Assembly (NCBI GenBank): GCA_964624635.1
Contig: CAZUXM010000001.1
Span: 25,307-89,306, forward strand
Direction of reading: 5' to 3'
Length of the DNA stretch: 64,000 nt
From: an uncultured Candidatus Competibacteraceae bacterium
Lineage (GTDB): Bacteria > Bacteroidota > Bacteroidia > CAIKAF01
The notes beneath the pieces were generated by a model. It was given only the letters and a program-made list of their open reading frames with translations. It was not told where the DNA came from and did no database searches. The position numbers and the translations under genes are program-made. Positions 55,204 to 64,000 of this stretch are shown piece by piece (the first letter of the stretch is position 1; the number at the start of each line of letters is the position of its first letter).

Positions 55204-57924
55204 ATGAAAAGAATACTTTTTGCCCTAATTTCACTCTTACCCCTCATCGCCTTTTCCCAAACAGCCCCACCTATTCAATGGCAAAATACTATTGGAAGCA
55301 ATGGTTATGATGTTATACATGCTGCCCAACAAACATCAGATGGAGGCTACATTATCGCAGGACATTCTACATCCAACTCATCTGCCGACAAAAGTGAAAA
55401 TAATTTAGGGTTTGAAGATTGCTGGATTGTAAAGCTTGATGTTAATGGAAATATTGAATGGGAAAATACAATTGGTGGCAGTGGTGCGGAGTTTGCTATG
55501 GATGTAAAACAAACCTCTGACGGTGGTTACATAATCGGAGCCTATTCAAATTCGAATGCGTCCGCAGATAAATCTGAAAACCAAAAAGGAAGTACCGATT
55601 TCTGGATTATAAAATTAAATTCCACAGGCGCAATTGTTTGGGAAAATACTATTGGTGGAAATAGCAATGACGAATTATGTTCAATTGAAATTACAGATGA
55701 TGGTGGTTACTTAGCTGCGGGCTGGTCACAATCCGGAATTTCAAGTGATAAAACAGAAGCATCAATGGGGGCTTTAGACTATTGGATTGTTAAACTTAAT
55801 AGTACAGGTAGTATCGTTTGGCAGAATACCATTGGTGGTTCAGCTGGCGATCAGTTAAAGTCAATGGCTAAAACTTCAGATGGTGGATTTCTGTTAGGAG
55901 GTCAATCAAATTCAGGGATATCAGGTGACAAAACTGAAGCAAATCTATTTAGCAATGATTTATGGGTAGTGAAAGTTGATGATTTGGGAAATATTGTTTG
56001 GCAAAATACTATTACCAGTGGTGCCGAAGATTATTTTGAAAGCATCCAGGAAACAACTGACGGCGGAGCTATTTTAGGAGCATGGTCCAATTCAAATATA
56101 TCAGGCGATAAATCCGAAAATTCACAAGGAGTATGGGACTATTGGGTATTAAAATTAGACCCCGTTGGTAATATTATATGGCAAAATACAATTGGTGGCA
56201 CACAAGGCGATTATTTGTATGACATCAAACAAACTAGCGATGGGGGATATTTATGTGGTGGATTTTCTGATTCGGGAATAAGTGGTGATAAAACTGATAA
56301 TACAAATGGAGGCTTAGACTATTGGATTGTTAAACTTGATGCATCAGGAAGTATTTTATGGCAAAACTCTCTTGGCGGTTCTAATTTGGAGCTTTTTTAT
56401 GATATAGTGATAACTGATGACAACGGCTATTTGCTTCTAGGAGATTCCCACTCAGGGATTGGGGGTGATAAAACTGAAGGGAATTATGGATTAACCGACT
56501 TTTGGGTGGTAAAAACTGCTCCTGAATGTTTTAATCCTACCATCTCCAACGTAACTGTAAACGATAATGAAGTTTGTATAGGTGACTCCATACAATTAAC
56601 CATTACAGGTGATTTACAAAGCGCCGAATATTGGGCCATTTATTCCGGATCATGTGGTGGAACATTAGTAGATACTACTTCACAAAATTCAATTTGGGTG
56701 CATCCTACAACTAATACTGATTATTTTGTTAGAGGAGAAGGTGGCTGTGTTACTCCCGGAACTTGCTCCTCTGTTTCGGTTACTGTAAATGATTTACCCA
56801 CAGTAAATGCAGGAATAGATTCTACTTTATGTGTTGGGGCTACTTATACTTTGAATGCATCTGGAGCTAACTTATATTCGTGGAATAATGGGGTGGGGGC
56901 CGTTAATCCTGCGGTTGTTTCTCCAACAAGTAATTTACATTATACAGTTACAGGAACTGATGTAAATGGATGTATCAACATCGATTCTGTGTTGGTAAGT
57001 GTAAATAACTTACCAATTGTAAATGCAGGTACAGATACTACCTTATGTATAGCTGCTACCTATACTCTTCATGCATCCGGCGCAAATACTTATTTGTGGA
57101 ATCACGGTATTGGGGCTTTAAATCCTGCGAATGTTTCCCCAACAGATACACTTCAGTATACTGTTATTGGTACAGATATAAATGGTTGTACCAATACTGA
57201 TTCAGTAATAGTTAATGTGAATGTATTACCTAATGTATTTGCAGGTAACGATACGTTAATTTGTAACAATGTAGATATTGTACTTACTGCATCAGGTGCC
57301 AATACTTACGAATGGATTGATGTTGCTATTGGCAATCCTGTGAATACTGATCCTTTGACTACAGATTCTACTTTTATAGTTTTGGGAACTGATTTGAATG
57401 GTTGTTCTAATTCAGATACCATGGAAGTGACCATCTCTGTTGTGCCAACTATTAACTTCACCATTGGACAAGATACTATTTGTACATCACATAGTAGCAT
57501 AAGTCTATCAGCTACTCCTTCAGGCGGAGTATTTACAGGTAACGGTGTAACCGGAAATACTTTTGATCCTGCAACTGCCCCCACCCCCTCCCCAATCATC
57601 ACCCATACTTTTACCCCTGGCCATGGATCTACCGATGATGAGTTTGATGTAATTATGGTGAGTCCTTGTTTAGGTATTGGTGAAAATGAACAGAATAATA
57701 TTTTTCTCTTCCCTAACCCTGCAAGTGATTACTTGAATATTTCTTCTTCAACATCAACGATTACTTCCATTGAAATCGTTGACCTCACAGGAAGAAAAAT
57801 AAAGACGATAAATTTGAATACCAACTCAGGAATGATTGATATTAACGAGTTAACCAACGGAGCTTATTTATTGAATATGATAACTGAAAATGGTACCACT
57901 ACCAAACGATTTATAAAACACTAA
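55204..57924 (+). CDS. T9SS type A cargo protein with ~6 tandem 70-aa repeats and Ig-like modules
   Basis: Signal peptide from the ATG at 55204. Repeats W.NTIGG...D....I.QTSDGGY...G.S.S..SGDK.E...G..DYW.VKLD..G.I.W. Four LP.VNAG.D..LC......L.ASGAN.Y.W modules. C-terminal LFPNPASDYLNI... domain. Confidence 0.8.
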   Translation: MKRILFALISLLPLIAFSQTAPPIQWQNTIGSNGYDVIHAAQQTSDGGYIIAGHSTSNSSADKSENNLGFEDCWIVKLDVNGNIEWENTIGGSGAEFAMDVKQTSDGGYIIGAYSNSNASADKSENQKGSTDFWIIKLNSTGAIVWENTIGGNSNDELCSIEITDDGGYLAAGWSQSGISSDKTEASMGALDYWIVKLNSTGSIVWQNTIGGSAGDQLKSMAKTSDGGFLLGGQSNSGISGDKTEANLFSNDLWVVKVDDLGNIVWQNTITSGAEDYFESIQETTDGGAILGAWSNSNISGDKSENSQGVWDYWVLKLDPVGNIIWQNTIGGTQGDYLYDIKQTSDGGYLCGGFSDSGISGDKTDNTNGGLDYWIVKLDASGSILWQNSLGGSNLELFYDIVITDDNGYLLLGDSHSGIGGDKTEGNYGLTDFWVVKTAPECFNPTISNVTVNDNEVCIGDSIQLTITGDLQSAEYWAIYSGSCGGTLVDTTSQNSIWVHPTTNTDYFVRGEGGCVTPGTCSSVSVTVNDLPTVNAGIDSTLCVGATYTLNASGANLYSWNNGVGAVNPAVVSPTSNLHYTVTGTDVNGCINIDSVLVSVNNLPIVNAGTDTTLCIAATYTLHASGANTYLWNHGIGALNPANVSPTDTLQYTVIGTDINGCTNTDSVIVNVNVLPNVFAGNDTLICNNVDIVLTASGANTYEWIDVAIGNPVNTDPLTTDSTFIVLGTDLNGCSNSDTMEVTISVVPTINFTIGQDTICTSHSSISLSATPSGGVFTGNGVTGNTFDPATAPTPSPIITHTFTPGHGSTDDEFDVIMVSPCLGIGENEQNNIFLFPNPASDYLNISSSTSTITSIEIVDLTGRKIKTINLNTNSGMIDINELTNGAYLLNMITENGTTTKRFIKH

Positions 57925-57947
57925 TTGTAAAACATTTTACTGTTTGC

Positions 57948-57980
57948 AAAGCCTTTCTAATGATGGAAAGGCTTTTTTTT
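57948..57980 (+). terminator. Rho-independent terminator after the 913-aa T9SS cargo gene
   Basis: aaagcctttc / gaaaggcttt 10-bp stem with an 8-nt loop followed by a T8 run, 24 nt after the stop codon. Confidence 0.8.
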
Positions 57981-58124
57981 ACAACCGGGGGAGGGGGTGG
58001 CACACTTTTATAAATGAAATATACCAACACTTGATAAAAAAGGGCAGAGTATAATAAGCCCATTTTTTATTTGGTGTTAGTGGTTGAAGTTTTAACAGGT
58101 ATAGTGAAACACGGGATTAGGTGC

Positions 58125-58152
58125 AAAAAAAAGCCCCACATTTCTGGGGGCT
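58125..58152 (-). terminator. Rho-independent terminator after the PKS gene
   Basis: On the minus strand: agcccc-cagaaatgt-ggggct stem-loop followed by a T8 run, ~25 nt after the PKS stop at 58177. Confidence 0.75.
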
Positions 58153-58176
58153 TTTATTATTTCATCAATGATATGA

Positions 58177-61100
58177 TTATCCTTTTGCATCTGCTAAAAG
58201 AGCATCTAACTCTTCTTCGCTTAATGATTCTAAATCACTTAACATGCCTGATGCAATGGCTTTTTCTAATAATCCATTAGCTAATTGTGAAATGTTAGGT
58301 CCACTTAACAACTCCATTGTACTTACTTCTAATCCGAAGCGTGCCTGGAATGCACGACCTAACTCAACAGCTATTAATGAATCAACTCCAAGGAAATTAA
58401 TACCACGTGATTTATCAATTTTCTCAATAGATAATTTTAATACACGAGCTACTTCCTCAGCAGTGGCATTTTCCATATAACCTAAACGATCTGCTTCAGC
58501 TAATGCTGACAATTCGTTACATAGTTCAGCTAATTTACCACCTTGTCCACCTCCAGCTCCTTTAGCATCAGCTAACGCTTTGAAACGTGAACTTTGTGCA
58601 GATTTAGAATTGATGGCTGACCAACGTGCCCAATCCACATCAAACATACCTACTTGTACAGGCGTATTTTCAATGACAACACCCAAACCTTCTAAGGCTT
58701 CTGCAGTTGTAAATCCGAAGATACCACCACTTTCAAGTATTGCGGTAACATTCGCATCACGGGCAGCTACTCCAACCTCACCAAGTACTCCTAAGTTAAT
58801 AGTAGTTGCTTGTAAACCATTAGCTCTTCTATAACGTGCAAACTGATCTAAGAATGTGTTTGCAGATACGTAATTCGCCTGACCTGCATTACCTATTAAA
58901 GCCGAAATAGACGAGAAGGAAACAAAGAAGTCAAGAGGAATATCTTTGGTGTGTTTATGTACATTTAAAACTCCACCTACTTTTGCATGGTAAGAAGTAA
59001 CAAAACGATCACGATTCATGTCCACTAAGAAGCCATCATCTAACACAACTGCGCCATGAATAATACCTTTTAATGGTGGCATGTCCTTTTTAATTTTTGC
59101 TACCACATCAGCAACTGCTTTATCATTGGTAATATCAATTGGATCAGCATAAACTTTTGTACCGTTTGCTTCCATCAATTTGATAGCATCTTTTGCTTCA
59201 TCTGATTTAGCTCCGCTACGCGATGCCAACACCAATTGTTTTACTCCTTTATCAGATAACCACTGAGCAATTTGTAATCCAAATCCTCCGGTTCCTCCTG
59301 TGATGAAATAAGTAGCATTGGTCTCCAGTTCTTTCTTTTCAGATTTTACAGGAACTTCTACTTCCTGATCCTTAAAGCTGATCACCACTTTACCGATATG
59401 CTTAGATTGCAACATGAAATTAAATGCTTCTGCTGCGTCTTTAGCATCAAACAAATGGGTGTTGACGGCTTTAAATACTCCTTCTTCGTAGAACTTCTCA
59501 ATATCACGGTGAATAGCCTGAACTACTGTTGGGCGTTCCATCATTAATCTATCCACGTCAATACCTAAGAAAGAGATATTGTTGTTGAATTGTTGCATAG
59601 GTAATCCCGTATTTTCAGAAATATCACGTTTACCAATCTCAACAAAACGTCCGTAAGAAGCTAATAATTCAAATGATTGATATAATGCTTCACCTGCAAT
59701 TGCATTGATAACTACATCAACACCGTAACCATTGGTATCTTCTTTAATTTGTTTTACGAAGTCTAATGAACGTGAATCGTAGATATTTTTAATACCTAAG
59801 TTTCTTAAGTATTCACGTTTTTCTTCGCTACCTGCAGTGGTATAAATTTCAGCACCTACATATTGTGCATATTGTATAGCTGCTAAACCTACCCCACCGG
59901 TACCATTATGAATAAGGATTTTTTCACCTTTTTGTAATTGTGCTCTGTTACGTAAACTATACAATACAGTCATATAAGGTACTACCATCAATGCATCTTC
60001 GAAGCTGATGTTTTTTGGCTTACGTAAGTAATAGGTTGGTACGGAAACCACATAAGAACGTAAACAACCTTCAGGTGCAGCTAAAACAATTTCTTCACCT
60101 ACTTTAAAGTCTTTTACATTTGAACCTACACGGGTAATAATACCTGCTGCTTCGTGACCAATATTTCTTTCGTAGTATGAACCTTTGGTTGCTTTTTCAC
60201 TTAACTGACCAATTACTTTTAATCCGTCTTTTAAGTTTAAACAAGCGGCATAGTTACGAATCTCTACTTCATCAGGAGCCAATTCTTTTTTACGTTCAAA
60301 CTCATCGTAGTATAAACTATCCATACGACCAATTTGACCTACTTCTAACGAAACAGGAGTTTCGGTATTTACTTTTTTCTTATCACCTGAATTAGAACCT
60401 AAAGCAACCGCATTTAAACTACGTACATAACGTTTGTTTTTACGAATAGCGATATCTTCTTCCTTGTTACCTGAGATTACTTCTCTTGCTAATAAATCAA
60501 ATTCACCAGCATCTTTATCCTGATATAAATCGATGGTTTTGCAAGTAATATTTGGATTTTCATTACTGATCAAGTGATTTAACCCCCAGAATGCTGAAGT
60601 ATCTAATGATGCTCCTCTATCATAATTGATTACCACCTGTGCACCACAAGTAATTACAATCAAACGAATTTTATCATTCGGACGATTTTTAGCAATGGCT
60701 TTTGCAATGTAAACCACCGGCATCGTTTGATCTATGGCATCGTCAATAGTAATATCAGTACCACGATTTTTATTTTCTATACTCCAGGTATATAAAATGT
60801 GGCTGTATGATTCTGCAGCGAAAAGTTTGTGATAATCTTCTTCGTTTTTAGGATCGATAGAATAAACTCCTTCGTCATTGGTAAATCCATCACCTTTGAT
60901 AACTACAGAGTAGTCTACTCCTTTTTCAATCAATCCCTGAATCAAATCAAGGTTATCATATTCACCAAATACAAGGTATTTTCCCGCAGTATTAGCAGTA
61001 TCAGTTTCTTTAATTAATTCACCTTCGTTCCACTGATATTCATAGAACCAATTGTCCATTTTACCGGCATTGTCACCTTTACTGCTATTGATAGCCTGAC

Positions 61101-64000
61101 AAGTAATTCCTTCTAAAGCAACCAATACTTCTCCGCTTTCATCAAATAGTATTAAATCTCCGGTGATAGAACTGTCTGTTCTCTCGGTAATTTTACAATA
61201 GCTCCAACATTCACTTCCCGGACTTGTATAGAACATTACTTGTTTAATGTTTACAGGAACGAAAGGATTTGGATTGGTAGAACCATCACTTACAATGGCT
61301 ACCATCGATTGGAATCCTGAATCCAATAAAGTTGGATGTAATAAATAATTATCTTCATTACGAATCAAGGCATCATTTCCTTCCAACTTCACCAATACCT
61401 CATTATCTCCTTTATGAATTGATTTTACTCCCTGAAACCAAGGGCCATACATCAATCCACGAGCATCTAATGATTTATAGAATTCAGTAGCATCAGCTTC
61501 GTTGGTACAACGTTTTTTAATGCCTTTAAAATCAATTGTAGGAATGTCTCTTGAAATCGTATCCTTTAACAATCTTCCTGAAGCATGTAATGTCCATGGA
61601 GAATCATCTTCACGGTAACGGCTGTACACCGAATATTTTTTAGAATCAGGATTGTAAGTAGTGTGGAACATTTGAATTCTCTTATGATCCACTACCAATA
61701 CCTGATTGAACTCTAAGTTTTGTAAAGTACAAGCTGAATTACCAAATTCTTTTTCGTGAATGGCTAATCCGGCTTCTACATATGCCGCTCCGGGAACTAC
61801 CACCATACTCTCGATTTGGTGATCCTGCAACCAAGGAAGTAAATATTGATTGATTTCCACTTCCCAAGCAGGATATGGTTGACGGGCATTTTCGTTCATG
61901 AAAATATGACCCGGTACACCATGTTTCTCTTCAACCGAACGATCAGACTCTTGCCAATAATCATCCTTATCCCAGGCATAAGTTGGGATTTTGTTGTATT
62001 TACCACCCTCAGTAAATGGAGTCCAGTTAATATCGAAACCTAACGTATGTAAAGTTCCCAACGAATTCATTAAAGTAATTACCTCAGGGTCTCCACGACG
62101 TAATGACGGAACGATAGATCCTTTTACATCCGCAGCAGTTAAACATTCGTTGATGTTGGTTCGCAATACAGGATGTGGCCCTACTTCTAAAAATACAGTA
62201 TAACCATCATTTACCACTGTTTGTGCAGCTTTTGCAAAACGAACAGGTTGACGAACATTTTGCCACCAGTAATCATTGTTAAATTCAGTCCCGTCCATAA
62301 TGGTTCCGGTAACTGTTGAATACAATGGAGTGGTTGCTTTTTTAGGATTAACAGATGCTAATGATTTTAATAATTCATCTTTTAATGGTTCCATTTGGTA
62401 GCTATGATAAGCTACTTCAACGGTAAGCATTTTGTTGAATATATTTTGTGGCGTTAGAATCGCACTGATTTTATCTAATGCTGAACGTGTTCCGGCAATG
62501 GTAACTCCATTAAATGAGTTAATAGCAGCTACAGAAATCTCATTCTGTAAACCATTCTCATTGATGAGTTTTTCAGCGGCTTCCTCTCCTAATCCGATAG
62601 CTAGCATCGTACCTTGACCAGCAGTAGTTTGCTGGCAACGACTACGATGGTAACTTACCAATACTCCTTCTTTTAAAGTTAAAGCCCCGGAAACATAGGC
62701 CGCAGGAACTTCACCCACTGAGTGACCTACCACTGCTTCAGGACTAATTCCCCAAGCTTTCCATACTTCAGTAAGAGCCGCTTGTATAAAGAAATTACCC
62801 GGCTGTGCAATAGCTGTTTCGTTCATTCTTGATTCAGCCTCGGGCTTCATCAACTCATCTAATAAACTCCAGCCTGCAATCTCTTTAAAATATCCTTCAC
62901 ACTCATCAATTACTTTTTTGAAAATAGGTTCTTTCGAATACATCTCACGACCCATAGCCCACCATTGTGGTCCCATACCTGTAAATACGAAAACTAATTT
63001 TCTATTTTCCTGAATTTGATTTTTGGTAACCGCTGCTAAAACTTCTCCTTTAGCATAAGCTTCTAATTTCTCAATCAATTCTTCTCTGTTAGCAGCCACA
63101 ACAGTCATACGATGTAAGTGGTACGACCTTCTATACGCTAAAGTAAATGCAAAATCCGTAATGGTTACGTCAGCATTATTTTTTAAGAAATCAGCATATT
63201 TTTTACAGATACCTGTAAGTGCTACTTCACTTTTTGCAGAGATGGGGAATAAATATTGCTCTCTGGTATCTTTAACGCCTGCAGTAGAAAATTTAGCTAA
63301 ATAATCTAACGGAGGTTGTTCCATTACCATGTGGCCATTGGTACCACCGTAACCGAACGAATTGATAGATGCCAATAATTTTTCTTCCTTCTTAAAGTCT
63401 TCGAGTTTAAGAGCAACCTTAAGGGTATTATTTTCGAAATCAATTTTCGGATTTGCTTTCTTAAAATGTAAATGCGGTGGAACCTGACGTTTATTCAGAA
63501 TCAAAGATGTTCTGATAATACCGGCAACCCCTGCAGCAGCTTCTAAGTGACCGATGTTCGTTTTTACAGAACCTACGAATACTTTGCTGTTTTTATCATG
63601 AGCTGATTTAAGTACGTTATCTAACGCTGTTAACTCCAATGGGTCACCTACTTTTGTTCCGGTACCGTGAGCTTCAATGTACTTGATATCTTTTACTTCA
63701 ATTCCACAATTAGCATACACCTCGCGGATTAATTCTTCCTGAGCTTCTGGATTAGGAACAGTAATACCATTGGTAGCACCATCTTGATTAGATCCTGTTC
63801 CACGAACTACTGCATAAATGTAGTCTCCATCAGCCATTGCTTTTGACAATGGTTTGAATACAACTACCCCAACTCCTTCTCCACGAACATAACCCCCGGC
63901 ATCTTCATCAAATGCTTTACAACGGGCATGTTTTGAAAGGAATTGTCCTTTGCTCATCGCGATAGGATATTCAGGGCGTAACATTACGTTTACTCCACCT
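58177..64000 (-). CDS. type I polyketide synthase / FAS-like megasynthase, KS(partial)-AT-DH-psiKR-ER-KR-ACP; N-terminus lies beyond the window
   Basis: The reading frame is open to the window edge (..GGVNVMLRPEYPI..). See the domain sub-features. The ORF-track Met at 63984 is internal to the KS domain. Confidence 0.95.
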   Translation of the reverse strand, partial: GGVNVMLRPEYPIAMSKGQFLSKHARCKAFDEDAGGYVRGEGVGVVVFKPLSKAMADGDYIYAVVRGTGSNQDGATNGITVPNPEAQEELIREVYANCGIEVKDIKYIEAHGTGTKVGDPLELTALDNVLKSAHDKNSKVFVGSVKTNIGHLEAAAGVAGIIRTSLILNKRQVPPHLHFKKANPKIDFENNTLKVALKLEDFKKEEKLLASINSFGYGGTNGHMVMEQPPLDYLAKFSTAGVKDTREQYLFPISAKSEVALTGICKKYADFLKNNADVTITDFAFTLAYRRSYHLHRMTVVAANREELIEKLEAYAKGEVLAAVTKNQIQENRKLVFVFTGMGPQWWAMGREMYSKEPIFKKVIDECEGYFKEIAGWSLLDELMKPEAESRMNETAIAQPGNFFIQAALTEVWKAWGISPEAVVGHSVGEVPAAYVSGALTLKEGVLVSYHRSRCQQTTAGQGTMLAIGLGEEAAEKLINENGLQNEISVAAINSFNGVTIAGTRSALDKISAILTPQNIFNKMLTVEVAYHSYQMEPLKDELLKSLASVNPKKATTPLYSTVTGTIMDGTEFNNDYWWQNVRQPVRFAKAAQTVVNDGYTVFLEVGPHPVLRTNINECLTAADVKGSIVPSLRRGDPEVITLMNSLGTLHTLGFDINWTPFTEGGKYNKIPTYAWDKDDYWQESDRSVEEKHGVPGHIFMNENARQPYPAWEVEINQYLLPWLQDHQIESMVVVPGAAYVEAGLAIHEKEFGNSACTLQNLEFNQVLVVDHKRIQMFHTTYNPDSKKYSVYSRYREDDSPWTLHASGRLLKDTISRDIPTIDFKGIKKRCTNEADATEFYKSLDARGLMYGPWFQGVKSIHKGDNEVLVKLEGNDALIRNEDNYLLHPTLLDSGFQSMVAIVSDGSTNPNPFVPVNIKQVMFYTSPGSECWSYCKITERTDSSITGDLILFDESGEVLVALEGITCQAINSSKGDNAGKMDNWFYEYQWNEGELIKETDTANTAGKYLVFGEYDNLDLIQGLIEKGVDYSVVIKGDGFTNDEGVYSIDPKNEEDYHKLFAAESYSHILYTWSIENKNRGTDITIDDAIDQTMPVVYIAKAIAKNRPNDKIRLIVITCGAQVVINYDRGASLDTSAFWGLNHLISNENPNITCKTIDLYQDKDAGEFDLLAREVISGNKEEDIAIRKNKRYVRSLNAVALGSNSGDKKKVNTETPVSLEVGQIGRMDSLYYDEFERKKELAPDEVEIRNYAACLNLKDGLKVIGQLSEKATKGSYYERNIGHEAAGIITRVGSNVKDFKVGEEIVLAAPEGCLRSYVVSVPTYYLRKPKNISFEDALMVVPYMTVLYSLRNRAQLQKGEKILIHNGTGGVGLAAIQYAQYVGAEIYTTAGSEEKREYLRNLGIKNIYDSRSLDFVKQIKEDTNGYGVDVVINAIAGEALYQSFELLASYGRFVEIGKRDISENTGLPMQQFNNNISFLGIDVDRLMMERPTVVQAIHRDIEKFYEEGVFKAVNTHLFDAKDAAEAFNFMLQSKHIGKVVISFKDQEVEVPVKSEKKELETNATYFITGGTGGFGLQIAQWLSDKGVKQLVLASRSGAKSDEAKDAIKLMEANGTKVYADPIDITNDKAVADVVAKIKKDMPPLKGIIHGAVVLDDGFLVDMNRDRFVTSYHAKVGGVLNVHKHTKDIPLDFFVSFSSISALIGNAGQANYVSANTFLDQFARYRRANGLQATTINLGVLGEVGVAARDANVTAILESGGIFGFTTAEALEGLGVVIENTPVQVGMFDVDWARWSAINSKSAQSSRFKALADAKGAGGGQGGKLAELCNELSALAEADRLGYMENATAEEVARVLKLSIEKIDKSRGINFLGVDSLIAVELGRAFQARFGLEVSTMELLSGPNISQLANGLLEKAIASGMLSDLESLSEEELDALLADAKG
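58270..58512 (-). other. PKS acyl carrier protein domain
   Basis: LGVDSLIAVEL phosphopantetheine site (Ser codon 58378-58380). The protein ends ~65 aa later with an acidic tail and no TE/R/C domain. Confidence 0.85.
58765..59319 (-). other. PKS ketoreductase catalytic domain (B-type)
   Basis: YFITGGTGGFGL Rossmann motif, LDD motif (AVVLDDG), and SSISALIGNAGQANYVSAN with the catalytic Tyr. Confidence 0.85.
59374..60372 (-). other. PKS enoylreductase domain (MDR type)
   Basis: ILIHNGTGGVGLAAIQYAQ NADPH motif (59863-59916). GHEAAG near the N-terminus. HIGKVV near the end. Confidence 0.85.
60385..61062 (-). other. PKS structural (pseudo) ketoreductase subdomain
   Basis: ~225-aa spacer between DH and ER containing RLIVITCGAQVV, like the LWLVTRGAQ element of psiKR. 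No SAM-binding GxGxG of a C-methyltransferase is present. Confidence 0.55.
61090..61917 (-). other. PKS dehydratase domain
   Basis: HQIESMVVVPGAAY (HxxxGxxxxP-type, His codon 61819-61821), GLMYGPWFQ and HPTLLDSGFQ motifs. Confidence 0.8.
62035..63003 (-). other. PKS acyltransferase domain
   Basis: FVFTGMGPQW and GHSVGE (Ser codon 62719-62721). Downstream VAYHS at the specificity-motif position. Confidence 0.85.
63319..64000 (-). other. PKS ketosynthase domain, C-terminal two-thirds
   Basis: EAHGTGT and NIGHLEAAAG catalytic histidine motifs, and NSFGYGGTNGH. The active-site Cys region is outside the window. Confidence 0.9.

Noticed and set aside
57981-58000. G-rich tract aaccgggggagggggtgg as a G-quadruplex.
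   Set aside because: There are only two long G-runs plus a GG, not four, and it sits in the terminator-flanked gap. This is insufficient for a G4 call.
58177-64000. Horizontal acquisition of the PKS, judged from codon usage (frequent CGT Arg codons).
   Set aside because: By eye, frr and other native genes also mix CGT and AGA, and base composition looks similar to the flanks. Without quantitative codon or k-mer statistics the claim is not supportable.
1-64000. Mobile elements, prophage, defence systems (restriction-modification, CBASS, retron, toxin-antitoxin).
   Set aside because: No integrase, transposase, reverse transcriptase, nuclease/NTPase defence domains or phage structural genes were recognisable in any frame. 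The only mobile-like feature is the small inverted-repeat element at 40200-40370.

Overview
AT-rich, gene-dense chromosomal segment, almost certainly from a member of the Bacteroidota. Evidence: several proteins end in T9SS type A (Por_Secre_tail-like) or type B (gliding-motility CTD) sorting domains, TAnnTTTG '-7' promoter boxes are present, and no Shine-Dalgarno signals are visible. A Flavobacteriia/Cryomorphaceae-like organism is a low-confidence guess. I call about 54 protein genes and found no rRNA, tRNA, CRISPR array, transposase or integrase. Housekeeping genes: aroB-aroA, proline dehydrogenase, frr, mazG, thioredoxin, dnaB, tyrS, an M13 peptidase, a biotin-carrier protein, a PaaI thioesterase, and an MFS transporter/ROK kinase/glycosylasparaginase set. 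Between these lie accessory blocks. (1) 12.8-16.0 kb: a five-gene, translationally coupled operon of KdsC-type phosphatase, SAF-less NeuB-type synthase, membrane di-iron hydroxylase and an asymmetric SMR pair. (2) 32.5-37.2 kb: a coupled operon of B12-binding radical SAM enzyme, NPPF methyltransferase, Wzx-like flippase and a lipoprotein, preceded by a small membrane protein. (3) 58.2 kb to the window end: a very large FAS-like, fully reducing type I PKS (KS-AT-DH-psiKR-ER-KR-ACP, no release domain), cut off at the window edge. (4) Large repeat-rich T9SS cargo proteins, including a 17x ELWxxDGT protein sitting just upstream of a two-component system. These three operons are my best candidates for uncharacterised systems. 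None can be proven from sequence alone. I also report recurring intergenic motifs (ACGTTTCACA; TCAAAAATACTCA-type inverted repeats), a MITE-like inverted-repeat element with a GC-rich 20-nt palindrome, a YhcH-RdgB fusion gene, apparently leaderless promoter/start arrangements, and a porin whose signal peptide is reachable only from a non-canonical start codon. All functional names come from motif recognition by eye. No database search was run.
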